DNA from: Squalus acanthias
Lineage: Eukaryota
DNA: 64,000 nucleotides
Direction: 5' to 3'
NCBI GenBank assembly: GCA_030390025.1
Contig: CM059432.1
Coordinates: 1,426,001 to 1,490,000 of the forward strand
The notes beneath the pieces were generated by a model. That model did not search any database. It was not told the DNA's origin and worked only from the letters and a program-made list of their open reading frames with translations. This document shows, piece after piece, positions 36,871 to 48,499 of this stretch. Every line of letters begins with the position of its first letter. Positions within the stretch are counted from its first letter, which is position 1. Both the position numbers and the translations under genes were made by a program.

Positions 36871-37816
36871 ACTAAGAATCTTGTATGTTTCAATGGGATC
36901 ACCTCTCATTCTTCTAAACTCCAGAGAGTAGAGGCAATCTCTCCTCATAGGACAATCCTCTCATCCCAGGAATCAATCTAGTGAACCTTCGTTGCACCCC
37001 CTTTAAGGCAAGTATATCCTTCCTTGGGCAAGGAGACCAAAACTGTGCACAGTACTCCAGGTGTGGTCTCACCAAAATGCTATATAATTGCAGCAAGACT
37101 TCCTTACTCTTATACACCAACCCCCTTGCATTAAAGGCTAACATACCATTTGCCTTCCTAATTTCTTGCTATACCTGCATGTTAACTTTCTGTGATTTAT
37201 GTACAAAGACGCCCAAATCCCTCTGCATACCAACATTTTCCAAGTCAGCATGGTGTGGGACTTGGAGGTGGTGGTGTTCCCATGCGCCTGCTGCCCTTGC
37301 CCTTCTACCCAGTAGAGGTCGCGGGTTTGGGAGGTGCTGCCGAAGAAGCCTTGGCGAGTTGCTGCAGTGCATCTTGTAGATGGTACACACTGCAGCCACG
37401 GTACGCCGGTGGTGGAGGGAGTGAATGTTTAAAGTGGTGGATGGGGTGCCAATCAAACCAACTACTTTTTCCTGGATGGTGTTGGAGCTGCACCCATCTA
37501 GGCAAGTGGAGAGTATTCCATCATACACTCCTTACTTGTGCCTTGTAGATGGTGGAAAGGCTTTGAGGAGTCAGGAGGGGAGACACTCACTGCAGAATAC
37601 CCAGCCTCTGACCGGCTCTTGTAGCCACAGTATGTGTGTGGCTGGTTCAGATTAGTGTTACTACCGCTGCACTTCATCTTTATCGAATCATACAGCATAG
37701 AAAAGGGCCATTCGGCCCAGTGAGCCGGCGCTGACTCCTGGAAAGAGCTCTCCAATTAGTCCCACTCCCCCTGCTCTTTCCCCAACGTCCTGCATGATCT
37801 GGGTGAATGAATAAAT

Positions 37817-38791
37817 GATCTAGACGAGGGAACTAGATGTAATATCTCCAAGTTTGCAGACGACACAAAGCTGGGTGGGCGTGTGTGCTGTGAGGAGGAT
37901 GCCGAGAAACTCCAGTATGATTTGGACAGGTTGGGTGATTATACTGCATTTGCCATGCATCTGCCCAATGTGGATAAATGCGAGGTTATCCACTTCGGTG
38001 GCAAAAACAGGAAGACAGATTATCTGAACGGCAATAGATTGGGAAAAGGGGAAGTGCAACGAGACCTGGGTGTCCGTGTGCACCAGTCGCTGAAGGTAAG
38101 CATGCAGGTGCAGCAGGCGGTTAAGAAGGCAAATGGTATGTTGGCCTTCATAGCGAGAGGATTGGAGTACAGGAGCAAGGATGTCTTGCTGCAGTTGTAC
38201 AGGGCCTTGGTGAGACTGCACCTTGAGTATTGTGTGCAGTTTTGGTCACCTTATCTGAGGAAGGATGTTCTTACCATGGAGAGTGTGCAGCGAAGATTCA
38301 CCAGACTGATACCTGGGATGGCAGGAATGACGTATGAGGAGAGATTGGGTCGATTAGGCTTATATTCGCTAGAGTTCAGAAGAATGAGAGGGGATCTCAT
38401 TGAAACTTATAAAATTCTAACAGGACTAGACAGACTAGATGCAGGAAGGATGTTCCCGATGGCAGGGGAGTCCAGAACCAGGGGTCACAGTCTAAGGATA
38501 AGGGGTAAGCCATTTAGGACTGAGATGAGGAGGAATTTCTTCACCCAGAGAGTGGTGAACCTGTGGAATTCTCTACCACAGAAGGCAGTTGAGGCCAATT
38601 CATTAAATATATTCAAGAAGGAGTTAGATATATTTCTTAAGGCTAAAGGGATCAAGGGATATGAGGAGAAAGCAGGGACAGGGTACTGAATTTGGATGAT
38701 CAGCCATGATCTCATTAAATGGCGGAACAGGCTCGAGGGGCCGAATGGCCTACTCCTGCTCCTATCTTCTATGTTTCTATGTCTATGTTTC
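37817..38791 (+). mobile_element. 5'-truncated CR1, same subfamily as 16256-20032
   Basis: ORF 37883-38689; TSD taaat (37812-37816, 38792-38796); same 3' UTR type. Confidence 0.9.
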
Positions 38792-39664
38792 TAAATCGTC
38801 GGGGAAACTGATCACGTTTGCAGATGATGCAACGGTACGGGCGGCTGTTAGGATTTAGATGGGAATAGAAGATTATAAGGCGACCTAGATGTGATGGAGG
38901 GATGGGCCCACACCTGGCAGATACCTTTCAATATGGATAAATGTAGTCTAATGCACATGGGTAGGGACATTACCAAGAAACAGTACTTGCTCAAGGCTGC
39001 TGAGCGAGAGAAGGACCCGAGGTTTATAATCTTTAATGGTCCACAACTAGTGTGAGGCTATTGCAGTCCTAACCCTAAATACAAAAGAAACACTATACTG
39101 TCTCTGTACAAGACAACGGTTAGGCCCTATGTAGACTACTGTGCCCCCTTTTGGACCCCTGTCGTGGCGGGTGATAGAGGCAATGGAAAAGGTTTAGGAG
39201 GAGGACCAATGGATTGATATCTAGTTTAAAAGGCCCCCTGTTACAATAGGATGGGAGCGCCGAAGATTTTTACTCTACAAAAGCATAGACTTCGAGGCGA
39301 CTTGATTGAGGATTATATGGAAATGTTCAGATTTGGTCTAAACGCATAGAACTGGGTCAGATGCCAGGAGCTGCTTCTTTCTTTGCAGAGTCGTCAACCT
39401 CCGGAACAAGTTGCTGGCACGTGCAGTGAGTGTGGATTATGACAGCCTGAAATAGTCTAGCCTTCCTGATCACAGGGATAGCCACTGCTACCACCCTGGG
39501 GGGGCAGTTACAGCTAATACTGAGCATTTAATTTTGAAATACCTGTAATTATTACTGTCCATAATACTGGATAAAATTATTGAGCACTTGGCTGCAAAAG
39601 GACAGAGATGGGTTACCAGGTTAGGCAGATGGGTGGCAGAAACAGTTCAATGTCAGAAAATATT

Positions 39665-39906
39665 AATGTGAGAAGTCGCACAACAGCAGGTTATAGTCCA
39701 ACAGCTTTATTTGAAATCACAAGCTTTCGGAGCGCTGCTCCTTCGTCAGGTGCTCCTTCGGCACTTCACCTGACGAAGGAGCAGCGCTCCGAAAGCTTGT
39801 GATTTCAAATAAAGCTGTTGGACTATAACCTGGTGTTGTGCGATTTCTCACATTTGTCCACCCCAGTCCAACACCGCATCTCCACATCATGGCTACTATC
39901 GACACC
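39665..39906. mobile_element. Penelope-like inverted terminal-repeat pair, each arm with a hammerhead motif
   Basis: Arms 39665-39752 and 39767-39854, 86/88 complementary, 14-bp spacer; right arm continues into an unpaired extension ending atggctactatcgacacc. Confidence 0.82.
39766..39802 (+). ncRNA. Minimal type I hammerhead ribozyme motif
   Basis: Stem I tcac/gtga, core CTGACGA (39770-39776), stem II ggagc/gctcc, GAAA (39791-39794), palindromic aagctt in place of stem III. Activity untested. Confidence 0.75.
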
Positions 39907-40107
39907 AGAAAATATTAAGTAAGGCATTTTAGAAATAAGAACAGGGAAATTAAGTAACAGCTTAAATGGGAAGATTTTAAATTAAGTAGAGGAGCAGAGT
40001 GACCTGTGTATACACAGGTTAATGAACAGTTACAGTACAAATACACATGAACATATGAAAAATGAAGGACAGGAAAAGATCTACTGGTCCACCCAGCCTG
40101 TCCCATA

Positions 40108-40903
40108 GGAACATAAGTAGTAAGAGCAGGAGTCGGCCATACGGCCCCTCGAGCCTGCTCCGCCATTCAATAAGATCGTGGCTGATCATCGACCTCAACT
40201 CCACTTTCCCGTCCGATCTCCATATCCCTTGATTCCCCTAGAGTCCAAAAATCTATCGATCTCAGCCTTGAATATACTCAAAGACTCAGCATTCACAGCC
40301 CTTTGGGGCAGAGAATTCCAAAGATTCACAACCCTCGGAGTGAAGAAATTCCTCCTCATCTCGATCTTAAATGGCCGACCCCTTATCCTGAAACTATGCC
40401 CCCTAGTTCTAGACTCTCCAGCCAGGGGAAACAACCTCTCAGCATCTACCCTGTCAATCCCCTTCAGAATCATGTATGTTTCAATGAGATCACCTCTCAT
40501 TCTTCTAAACTCCAGAGAGTATCGGCCCAATCTACTGAATCTCTCCTCATAGGACAGCCCTCTCATCCCAGGAATCAATCTAGTGAACCTTCGTTGCACC
40601 GCCTCCAAGGCAAGTATATCCTTCCTCAGATAAAGGAGATCAAAACTGTGCACAGTACTCCAGGTGTGGTCTCACCAAGGCCCTGTACAATTGTAGCAAG
40701 ACTTCCTTACTCTTATACTCCAACCCGCTTGCAATAAAGGCCAACCATGCCATTTGCCTTCCTTATTGCTTTCTGTACCTGCATGCTAGCTTTCTGTGTT
40801 TCTTGCACGAGGACACCCAAATCTCTCTGAACACAGAAAGTTTCTCACCATGTAAAAATTATTCTGTTTTTCTATTCTTCCTACAAAGCGAATAATAACC
40901 TCA
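40108..40903 (-). mobile_element. CR1 3' fragment
   Basis: ORF 40195-40653 plus 3' UTR. Confidence 0.88.
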
Positions 40904-41904
40904 AGCGGTTGCGATGGCTAGTGCATAGTAGATAACGCCATTAAAAAGCAAACAGATCCTGGTTTTGATTCATTACAGAAACAAGAAGCTAATCTACAAG
41001 CCTCAGTTAGGTTGCAGTTGGAGTATCGTTTAGTTGGTAATACCCCCCGAGGGATGATACAAAAACGATGGAAAAGGTGCACCATATCCTTCTAGGATGT
41101 CCGGAGCAATCGTTCCCTTTAAGCTGCGCAGCCTCGCAGCGCTTCAGGGATCCCGCGCAGCCGACTGTTTCAACGTAAAAACCGCGCATGCGCTGTATTT
41201 TGAATGGCCCTTGTGGCAAATTACAGGGAACATTGGTTACAAGGTACCAAAGGTCATCATTCTGACAAAATTAGGGCTTTTTAACACTGAATTGGAGAAG
41301 GTTACGGGTTGGTCCTCAAGATTATGAACGATTGCAAGAAGACGATTAGCGATGAGCAAAGAACTTGCATTTATAGAACATCTTTCACATAAAGTGCTTC
41401 TCAACCAATGAATTATTTTTGAAATGTAGGCACCGCTCTGTAGATAGTTTCCACTGGTTGGCAAGACAGTAACAAGCAGGTACAGAGCTAATAACCACAA
41501 GAAGAATTAAAGGGAAGTTGGAAAACATTTCTTTACACAGAGGATGATTGACCTTTAGAATTCTGTGACAAACGTTGCTGAAACAGAGTCCTTAAAAAAA
41601 GGTTAATTAGATTAGACGCTTCAAAAATATTAAAGGAGGTATTGGGAGCGAGCAAGGAGAGTGGAATTAAATGGCAGTGGAGGAAAACGCCGGCGCGGAC
41701 TTGATTTGCCAAACGGCCCTTTGCTGTGCAGTAGCTTTAAACAGCTCTATGACTCCAAGCTAAGAGTACAGTGAAACATTCAAAATCAGCAGAGGCCAGC
41801 ACTGGGTGCATCGTTCAGAAGGATATGTGATCAACACTAAAAATCAGCCAAGAACAGCAACAGATAGAACTGGTTACGGCCAATAAATATTGGGGCTGAG
41901 CAAC

Positions 41905-42045
41905 AGAGGTTCTGACGAAAGGTCACCGACCCGAAACGTTATCTCTGTTTCTCTCGTCACAGATGCTGCCTGACCTGCTGTGTGTTTCCCCAACATTTTC
42001 TGTTTATATTTCAGATTTCCAGCATCCGCAGTATTTTGCTTTGAA
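41905..42045 (+). mobile_element. Short Penelope-type repeat with hammerhead motif (second family)
   Basis: agaggtt-CTGACGA-aaggtc-acc-gaccc-GAAA-cgtt-atctct then acagatgctgcctgacctgctg...; inverted partner at 42268-42393. Confidence 0.72.
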
Positions 42046-42267
42046 CACAGGTGTGTGTTGTGCCTGGGATCGATGTCGCAAGTGGATCTCTCAATTGGTT
42101 GTTTCTAACATTTAATTATTCAATGGGTCCCAACTATTAGAACCACAAATTTCAGAACCAGCAGGAAGCGTTACTGAGAAACTTGTGGTGCAGTGTGCAA
42201 TTTGCTCCACTTGATGGCACATTAACAAGAGACAACGCAATAAAGGACTAAGAAAGAAGGTCTTTCT

Positions 42268-42393
42268 TACAAAGGCAAAATACTGTGGATGCTGGAAATC
42301 TGAAATATAAACAGAAAATGCTGGAAATACTCAGCAGCACCTGTGGAGAGAAGAACAGGGTTAACGTTTCAGGTCGATGACCTTTCGTCAGAA
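42268..42393 (-). mobile_element. Short Penelope-type repeat with hammerhead motif (second family)
   Basis: Reverse complement reads ttCTGACGAaaggtcatcgacctGAAAcgttaac. Confidence 0.72.
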
Positions 42394-42589
42394 GGTCTTT
42401 CGGGTGTCTGCCAGTGGTACCATCAAGTCGCTCTTGGTGGTGGACATTGAGGTTTCCCCACCCAGTGGGTCCTTGCTGCCCTCAGAGCTTCCTCCCAGGG
42501 AGGTTCAGTACAGAGGAGCCCTGATTCATCAGTTGAAAGGGACAGAGCTGTAATTGATGAGCAGGAGTTTTCCTTGACCTTGCTGGCTC

Positions 42590-42761
42590 CAACGTTTTCC
42601 CTTTAAGCGGCTTGGGCGCGCAGCGCTCCAGGGGTCCCACGCAGCCGGTGAGCTGCCTTTTAAATTTGTTTTTTAAAATCGCGCATGCGGGGAATTTTGA
42701 ATGGGCCGCGCCGCCCATTAAAGGAGCCCGCGCGGGCCAAAAAAAATTACAGGGAAAATTG
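42590..42761. mobile_element. Short GC-rich MITE, probably hAT superfamily (other copies ~41107-41235, ~56083-56214, ~63316-63472)
   Basis: Imperfect TIRs caacgttttccct / agggaaaattg; 8-bp flanks gctggctc / gtcggctc (6/8 match); internal cgcgcatgcg shared by all four copies. Confidence 0.6.
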
Positions 42762-43367
42762 GTCGGCTCCCTTCCCTGTAGGACATTAGTGAAGAATTTT
42801 TTTTTTTTTTTAAAAACAACAATCCCGAAGCTTTCACTGTAATGTTTCTGGGGATAGTCCGCAAATTACGCTTTACTGAACTCAATTTCACAACTTCCCA
42901 ATTTTTTTAGGAATTCAGACTTCTAATGTAAAACAATAGTTTCCAAACTTTAAATGGCTTCATTTTGTGGCTAATCATTTTTTTAACATTTGTAAAAATA
43001 AGCCATTTGCTGTAAGAATTTTCTGTAACTTGACCAAACTTAAAAAGCTAACCAAATTTAATATACCAGCATGCCTCGAGAGGCTGAGCGGTTGGTTCCT
43101 CTGGGAACTCTGTACGAAAGCTGTTAATCAGATAAGGAAGCGTCAGACCCTGAGCAGGAACAAACAGGTTGGGCGTTACAAAGACAGGAACATCTTCAGG
43201 CAAGTGGTGTGAAGGGCTTTGGGGCCCACTGATGAGAGGATAACAACTGCCGACCATCTGTCACACGGTTTGGGACACATACGCACTGAGGAGCCTGCCC
43301 AGGTTTTTTGGGTATGAGATATGATGTTTTAAGACACTCGGGGCTGCTGCAGTCGGGGGAGGCAACC

Positions 43368-43898
43368 TGGTCTAAGAAAGGATATACTTGCCATAAAGGG
43401 AGTGCAGCGAAGGTTCACCAGACTGACTCCTGGGATGGCAGGACTGTCGTACAAGGAGAGATTGGGTCGACTAGGCCTGTATTCACTAGAGTTTAGAAGA
43501 ATGAGAGGGGATCTCATTGAAACGTATAAAATTCTGACAGGGCTAGACAGACTGGATGCAGGGAGGATGTTTCCCCTGGCTGTGGGGTCTAGAACAAGGG
43601 GTCATAGTCTCAGGATATGGAGTAGGACATTTAGACTGAGATGAGGAGAAATTTCTTCACTCAGAGGGTGGTGAACCTGTGGAATTCTCTACCACAGAAG
43701 GCTGTGGAGGTCAAGTCACTGAATATATTTAAGAAGGAGCGATAGATAGATTTCTAGACACAAAAGGCATCAAGGGATATGGTGAGAGAGCGGGAATATG
43801 GTATTGAGATAGAGGATCAGCCATGATCATACTGAATGGCGGAGCAGGCGCGAAGGGCCAAATGGCCGACTCCTGCTCCTATTTTTCTATGTTTCTAC
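43368..43898 (+). mobile_element. CR1 3' fragment
   Basis: ORF 43402-43644, 3' UTR and tail. Confidence 0.85.
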
Positions 43899-44061
43899 GG
43901 TCAGTTGCCAGTTAAAGTCGTACGTCTAGCCATCGCCGAACTGACCACTCGCTGGTGTTAGTACGTGTGTAGTGTTGGCTTATAATCGTTTGAGCTTAAA
44001 GTAAGGGAATAAACCTGTGTGTGCTTAGATATAATCGGGAATATTATATGCAACAGTTTTA

Positions 44062-45535
44062 TGGAGGACAGCTAACGTAGTACCATTATTCAAGAAGGGT
44101 AGTAGGGATAAACCAGGGAATTACAGGCCAGTGAGCCCAACATCAGTGGTAGGGAAATTATTGGAAAAAATTCTGAGACACAGAATTAGTCTCCACTTGG
44201 AGAGGCAAGGATTAATCAAGGATAGTCAGCATGGCTTTGTCAGGAGGAGATCATGTCTGACCAATTTGATTGAATTTTGCGAGGGGGTGACTAGGTGTGT
44301 GGATGAGGGTAGTGCAGTTGATGTGGTCGGTAGTGCAGTTGATGTGGTCTACATGGACTTCAGTAAGGCTTTTGACAAAGTCCCGCACGGGAGACTGGTC
44401 AAGAAGGTAAGAGCCCATGGGATCCAGGGCAATTTGGCACATTGGATCCAAAATTGGCTTAGTGGCAAGAGGCAGAGGGTGATGGTCGAAGGTTGTTTTT
44501 GTGACTGGAAGCCTTTGCCCAGTGGTGTACCGCAGGGATCGGTGCTGGGTCCTTTGCTGTTTGTAGTGTACATTAATGATTTAGATATGAATGTAGGAGG
44601 TATGATCAGTAAGTTCGCAGATGACACGAAAATTGGTGGGGTGGTAAATAGCGAGGAGGGAAGCCTCAGGCTACAGGACGATATAGACGGGTTGGTCAGA
44701 TGGGCAGAACAGTGGCAAATGGAATTTAACCCTGAAAAGTGTGAGGTGATGCATTTTGGGAGGACTAACAAGGCAAGGGAATACACAATGAATGGTAGGA
44801 CCCTAGGAAGGACAGAGGATCAGAGGGACCTTGGTGTGCATGTACATAGATCCCTGAAGGCAGCAGGACAGGTAGATAAGGTGGTTAAAAAGGCATATGG
44901 GATACTTATATTCTATGCCTCGGCTAATGAAGGCAAGAGCAGGGAGGTTATGATGGAGCTGTACAAAACGCTAGTTCGGCCACAGCTGGAATACTGTGTG
45001 CAGTTCTGGTCGCCACACTATAGGAAGGATGTGATTGCATTGGAGAGGGTGCAGAGGAGATTCACCAGGATGTTATCTGGGCTGGAGCGCTTCAGCTATG
45101 AAGAGAGACTGGACAGGCTGGGGTTGTTTTCCTTAGAGCAGAGAAGGCTGATGGGGGGACCTGATTGAGGTATACAAAATTATGAGGGGCATAGATAGGG
45201 TAGATATAAAGGAACTTTTCCCCTTAGTAGAGGGGTCAATAACCAGGAGGCATAGTTTCAAGGTAAGGGGCAGGAGGTTTAGAGGGGATTTGAGGAAAAA
45301 CCTTTTCACCCAGAGGGTGGTTGGAATCTGGAACTCACTGCCTGAAAGGGTGGTAGAGGCAGGAACCCTCACAACATTCAAGAAGCATTTAGATGAGCAC
45401 TTGAAACGCCATAGCATACAAGGCTACGGACCAAGTGCTGGAAAATGGGATTAGAATAGACAGGGCTTGATGGCCGGCGCGGACACGATGGGCCGAAGGG
45501 CCACTTTCTGTGCTGTATAACTCTATGACTATGAC
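44062..45535 (+). mobile_element. 5'-truncated CR1 of a distinct subfamily, (CTATGA)n tail
   Basis: ORFs 44131-45168 and 45182-45454 (MDFSKAFD, GVPQGSVLGP, FADD). Confidence 0.9.
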
Positions 45536-46159
45536 TTTTGTGTGAGCTTACTTGTAACCTCTTGCTGATTTTAAGTAACTTATTTTCGCTTGATCTTAAA
45601 GTAAGGGAATAAACCTGTGCGTGCTTAGATATAATCAGGAGTATTATATGCAACAGTTTTGTGTGAGCTTACTTGTAACCTCTTGCTGATTTTAAGTAAA
45701 AAGAAAGTTAATTCTCGAATCCTTGTGTTTGAACGGGTCTGAACTTTGGAAACTGTTGGACAGGTTAAAGGACAACATCTTACACATTGCAGTAGATTAT
45801 AGATGTAGCCGAAGTTCTTCTCATTAGCTACAACAGTCTTACTATCAGTACTGCCCTTGTACAGCCTACTATGAAATGAGCTCCACCTAGTGGCTTGCAA
45901 GGAGAATCGATTAAATTCAACACACATATGCAAGTAGGTAAAAGTGACATAGCACAAACACTCGAGACTCGTACCCCAAACCATCAGTACGATTACATGT
46001 TGGGTCCAATGCAATAAACTGTGGGGGCACGAGAGGAGAGAAAAGTTCGAGAAAGTGAGATAGTGGTTGTCGAAAATCTGTCAATTTCCTCTTACACCTC
46101 TTCTTCAATCCAGCAGATTATTTTGGTGATTGTAACCCTATGTATAATAAAGTAGGCAT

Positions 46160-46565
46160 AGGATATACAGCACAGAAACAAGCCATTCAGGCCCAACTAG
46201 TCCATGCCGGCGTTTATGCTCCAGTCTTTCCTCATCTAACTATCAGCATAAACCTCTATTCCCTTCTCCCTCATTTGCTTATCTAATCGCCCCTTAAATG
46301 CATCTATACTATTTGCGTCAACCTCTCCCTGTGGTAGTAAGTTCCACATTCTCACCACTCTCTGGGTAAAGAAGTTTCTTCTGAATTCCCCATTTGATTT
46401 CTTGGTGACTATCTGATATTGATGGCCTCTAGTTTTGCTCTTCCCCATAAGTGGAAACACTCTCTCTGTATCCACTCTATCAAAACCTTTCATGATTTTA
46501 AAGACCTCTATTAGGTCACCCCTCAGCCTTCACTTTTCAAGAGAAAAGAGACCCAGCCTTTCTCC
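46160..46565 (-). mobile_element. CR1 3' fragment (same subfamily as 49885-50360, +)
   Basis: ORF 46236-46493 (TRGHQYQIVTKKSN). Confidence 0.82.
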
Positions 46566-46666
46566 CCAGTTTCATTCCACCCAAAATTCTGCCCAGTCAT
46601 GTCAGAAATAGTTGAAATAAAAATCAATAAGTGTGTGTATATGCATGTGTGCGCGCGCGCGCGCAA

Positions 46667-46667
46667 A

Positions 46668-46700
<33 letters not shown>

Positions 46701-46745
46701 GAGAGAGGGAGAGAGAGAACGAGACGGAGAGAGAGAGAGAGAGAG

Positions 46746-46782
<37 letters not shown>

Positions 46783-47727
46783 ACGAGAGGGAGAGAGAGC
46801 GAGAACGAGAGGGAGAGAGAGAGAGAGAGAACGAGAGGGAGAGAGAGAGAGAGAACGAGAGGGAGAGAGAGAGAGAGAGAACGAGAGGGAGAGAGAGAGA
46901 GAGAGAACGAGAGGGAGAGAGAGAGAGAGAGAACGAGAGGGAGAGAGAGAGAGAGAGAACGAGAGGGAGAGAGAGAGAGAGAGAACGAGAGGGAGAGAGA
47001 GAGAGAACGAGAGAACGAGAGGGAGAAAGAGAGAGAGAACGAGAGGGAGAAAGAGAGGGAGAAAGAGAGAGAGAACGAGAGGGAGAGAGAGAGAGAGCAC
47101 GAGAGAGAGAGAGCACGAGAGAGAGAGAGCACGAGAGAGAGAGAGAGAGAGAGAGAACGAGAGAGAGAGAGAGAAAACGAGAGAGAGAGAGAGAGAACGA
47201 GAGGGAGAGAGAGAGAGAACGAGAGGGAGAGAGAGAGAGAACGAGAGGGAGAGAGAGAGAGAACGAGAGGGAGAGAGAGAGAACGAGAGGGAGAGAGAGA
47301 GAACGAGAGGGAGAGAGAGAGAACGAGAGGGAGAGAGAGAGAACGAGAGGGAGAGAGAGAGAACGAGAGGGAGAGAGAGAGAACGAGAGGGAGAGAGAGA
47401 GAGAGAACGAGAGAGAGAGAACGAGAGGGAGAGAGAGAGAGAACGAGAGGGGGAGAGAGAGAGAGAACGAGAGGGAGAGAGAGAGAGAACGAGAGGGAGA
47501 GAGAGAGAGAGAACGAGNNNNNNNNNNNNNNNNNNNNNNNNNNNNNNNNNNNNNNNNNNNNNNNNNNNNNNNNNNNNNNNNNNNNNNNNNNNNNNNNNNN
47601 NNNNNNNNNNNNNNNNNNNNNNNNNNNNNNNNNNNNNNNNNNNNNNNNNNNNNNNNNNNNNNNNNNNNNNNNNNNNNNNNNNNNNNNNNNNNNNNNNNNN
47701 NNNNNNNNNNNNNNNNNAACGAGAGAG
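46667..47727. repeat. Compound (GA)n tract with recurring gaacgagaggga unit; contains a 200-N assembly gap at 47518-47717
   Basis: Direct reading. Confidence 0.95.
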
Positions 47728-48061
47728 ACACACACACAAACTGAGCCAGACTGACACTAAAGATTGACACCAGTAATTTCCGCAGGGTTCTCCTGATTTC
47801 CTGCCGGAAGTTTGGGGGACACCCCTGAAAAACAGCGTAAACGGCCACTTCCGCTGAAGGGGTCTTGAGAAGCGGGAGATCAGGGAATCCCTGTTGAAAT
47901 TCTACCCAGAAGTTTTTGGTCTTAAAGATAGAATGGATTTTTGTAACTCAGATGAAAAGAATTAACTTCAAACAGAAAGCTATTTGAAATAACGGGGAAC
48001 GGAATAAAAATCAGAAAATAGACAAGTGCAGCGACAGCAAGTTATTTTCAAAAAGCTTTCT

Positions 48062-48499
48062 TTTTTTTTTTAATTCGTTCATGGACGTCGCTGGAAGGGC
48101 CAGTATTTATTGCCCATCCCTAATTGCCTCGAGAAGATGGTGGTGAGCCGCCTTCTTGAACCTAACGGTTTGGTACAACGGAATCTCTCGCTGGGCCATT
48201 TCAGAGGGCAGTTAAGAGTCAATCACATTGCTGTGGGTCTGGAGTCACATATCGGCCAGACCGGGTAAGGGCGGCAAATTTCCTTCCCTAAAAGGACATT
48301 AGTGACCCAGATGGGTTTTTACGACAATCCAGTAGTTTCATGATCACCATTACTGATACTAGCTTTTTAATTCCAGATTTATTTAATTGAATTTAAATTC
48401 CCCAGCTGCCGTGGTGGGATTTGAACTCATATCTCGGGATCATTAGTCCCAGCCTCTGGATTACTAGCCCAGTGACATAACCGCTATGCTACCGTACCC
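48062..48499 (-). mobile_element. tRNA-headed SINE sharing both 5' region and 3' tail with the Zenon-like LINE
   Basis: A-box tagcatagcgg, B-box gagttcaaatcc; ~48165-48464 matches 5681-5984; ~48062-48160 matches the LINE tail 2347-2460. Confidence 0.85.

Larger units (their letters stand above)
32821..37237 (-). mobile_element. CR1 3' fragment hosting the intact CR1 and a V-SINE
   Basis: Pieces 32821-32988, 36258-36440 and 36871-37237 are colinear with other CR1 3' ends. Confidence 0.85.
32626..37650 (-). mobile_element. Zenon-like LINE 3' fragment split at gatatat|ttccaagtc by a CR1
   Basis: 32626-32820 joins 37238-37650, reproducing the sequence seen at 2540-2570. Confidence 0.8.
32380..39440 (+). 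mobile_element. Ancient CR1 (pieces ~32380-32625, ~37650-37816, ~38792-39440), outermost layer of a nested cluster
   Basis: Degenerate LDFQKAFD, GVQQG, VLLPLHFIFI, KLITFADD and RPYVDYCAPFW motifs in order across the insertions. Confidence 0.72.

Noticed and set aside
46523..47848. RE- and SL-rich ORFs
   Set aside because: GA microsatellite spanning an N gap; true length unknown.
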